Part shown: positions 63,743 through 64,000 of the stretch, one piece after another
Layout of the letters: each line of letters opens with the position of its first letter
Numbering within the stretch: position 1 is the stretch's first letter
DNA from: Nodosilinea sp. WJT8-NPBG4
Lineage (GTDB): Bacteria; Cyanobacteriota; Cyanobacteriia; Phormidesmidales; Phormidesmidaceae
DNA length: 64,000 nt
Reading direction: 5' to 3'
Assembly (NCBI GenBank): GCA_019359285.1
Contig: JAHHHQ010000047.1
Span: 24,903 to 88,902 of the forward strand
Program-made: the position numbers and the translations under genes
Notes under the pieces: model-generated
Database searches by the model: none
The model's input: only the letters and a program-made list of their open reading frames with translations
What the model was told of the DNA's origin: nothing

Positions 63743-64000
63743 TTACGCGGTCTGCAGCGATGCCTTCTCCTGCCCGAGCGCATAGTCGGGGATGCAGTTG
63801 GCGGCCATGAACTGGTGGTAGGCGTGAATGTTGCGATCGCACGAGTCCTCACTCCATCCACAATACTCTTGTAGCACCTGGGCTACTACGGGTAGAGCCT
63901 CGAAGCCATAGTTGTGGTGCATGGCCACAGTGGTGCGGCGGCGCAAAATATCCATGAAAGTGTGGGCCATCTCTGCCTGCACCGCAAACACAATCTGGGC
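63743..64000 (-). CDS. C-terminal end of an FAD-dependent glycerol-3-phosphate dehydrogenase/oxidase-like protein (partial; 5' part outside the window)
   Basis: ...FMDILRRRTTVAMHH... resembles the conserved DVLxRRT segment of the GlpD/GlpO C-terminal domain. The frame stays open to the window edge. Confidence 0.5.
   Translation of the reverse strand, partial: AQIVFAVQAEMAHTFMDILRRRTTVAMHHNYGFEALPVVAQVLQEYCGWSEDSCDRNIHAYHQFMAANCIPDYALGQEKASLQTA

Noticed and set aside
1-64000. Search for tRNA, rRNA, tmRNA, RNase P RNA, CRISPR arrays, IS elements, reverse transcriptases and known defence-system signatures
   Set aside because: I found no T-loop/acceptor-type sequences, no spaced direct-repeat arrays, no transposase-like ORFs and no YxDD, TIR, SIR2 or HEPN-type motifs in any long ORF. 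This was checked by eye only, so small RNAs could have been missed.

Overview
This window reads as an ordinary chromosomal segment of a cyanobacterium. The evidence is psbI, a ferrochelatase with a C-terminal CAB/Hlip helix, an RbcR/Ycf30-type LysR regulator, an SmtA/SmtB metallothionein locus, a PEP-CTERM protein, and a very high density of the HIP1 palindrome GCGATCGC (at least 20 copies counted by eye in the first ~13.5 kb). GC content and gene set suggest a Leptolyngbya/Nodosilinea-like filamentous strain, but that is only a guess. About 55 protein-coding genes are supportable. Most are housekeeping: hrcA, hemH, infC, proA, lepA, tyrA, mrdA, dxr, purU, pntAB, prmC, gpsA, a GH38 alpha-mannosidase and an LptD-like protein. 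They are interspersed with signal-transduction genes, three small low-GC type II toxin-antitoxin modules (DUF4258/YgiT, HigBA, VapBC) and several lineage-specific hypothetical proteins. I found no rRNA, tRNA, CRISPR array, IS element or recognisable defence island. Three real genes or gene ends are missing from the >=60 aa ORF track, and I recovered them by hand: smtA (56 aa), psbI (38 aa) and the AUU-initiated N-terminus of infC. I do not see a clear-cut novel multi-gene system. The best candidates for a second look are listed below.
- An atypical phosphorelay locus (6255-11901) whose regulator fuses REC, OmpR-type wHTH, HPt, degenerate receivers and a degenerate GGDEF.
- A hairpin-forming repeat family (TTTTGAAYTTTGA units) placed exactly between co-transcribed cistrons: pntA-pntB, with a perfect 25-bp stem, and glpD-like-gpsA.
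- A tandem octamer repeat family (GGGTGGAT / ATCCACCC) found in several leaders and once in frame inside the mannosidase gene.
- A low-GC stretch (about 28.4-30.6 kb) with a hemerythrin-fusion gene and a 0.9 kb ORF-free gap.
- A ~1 kb ORF-free gap (60456-61447) whose GC-normal half has RNA-like helices.
All family names come from my own recognition of motifs in the translations. No database search was run.
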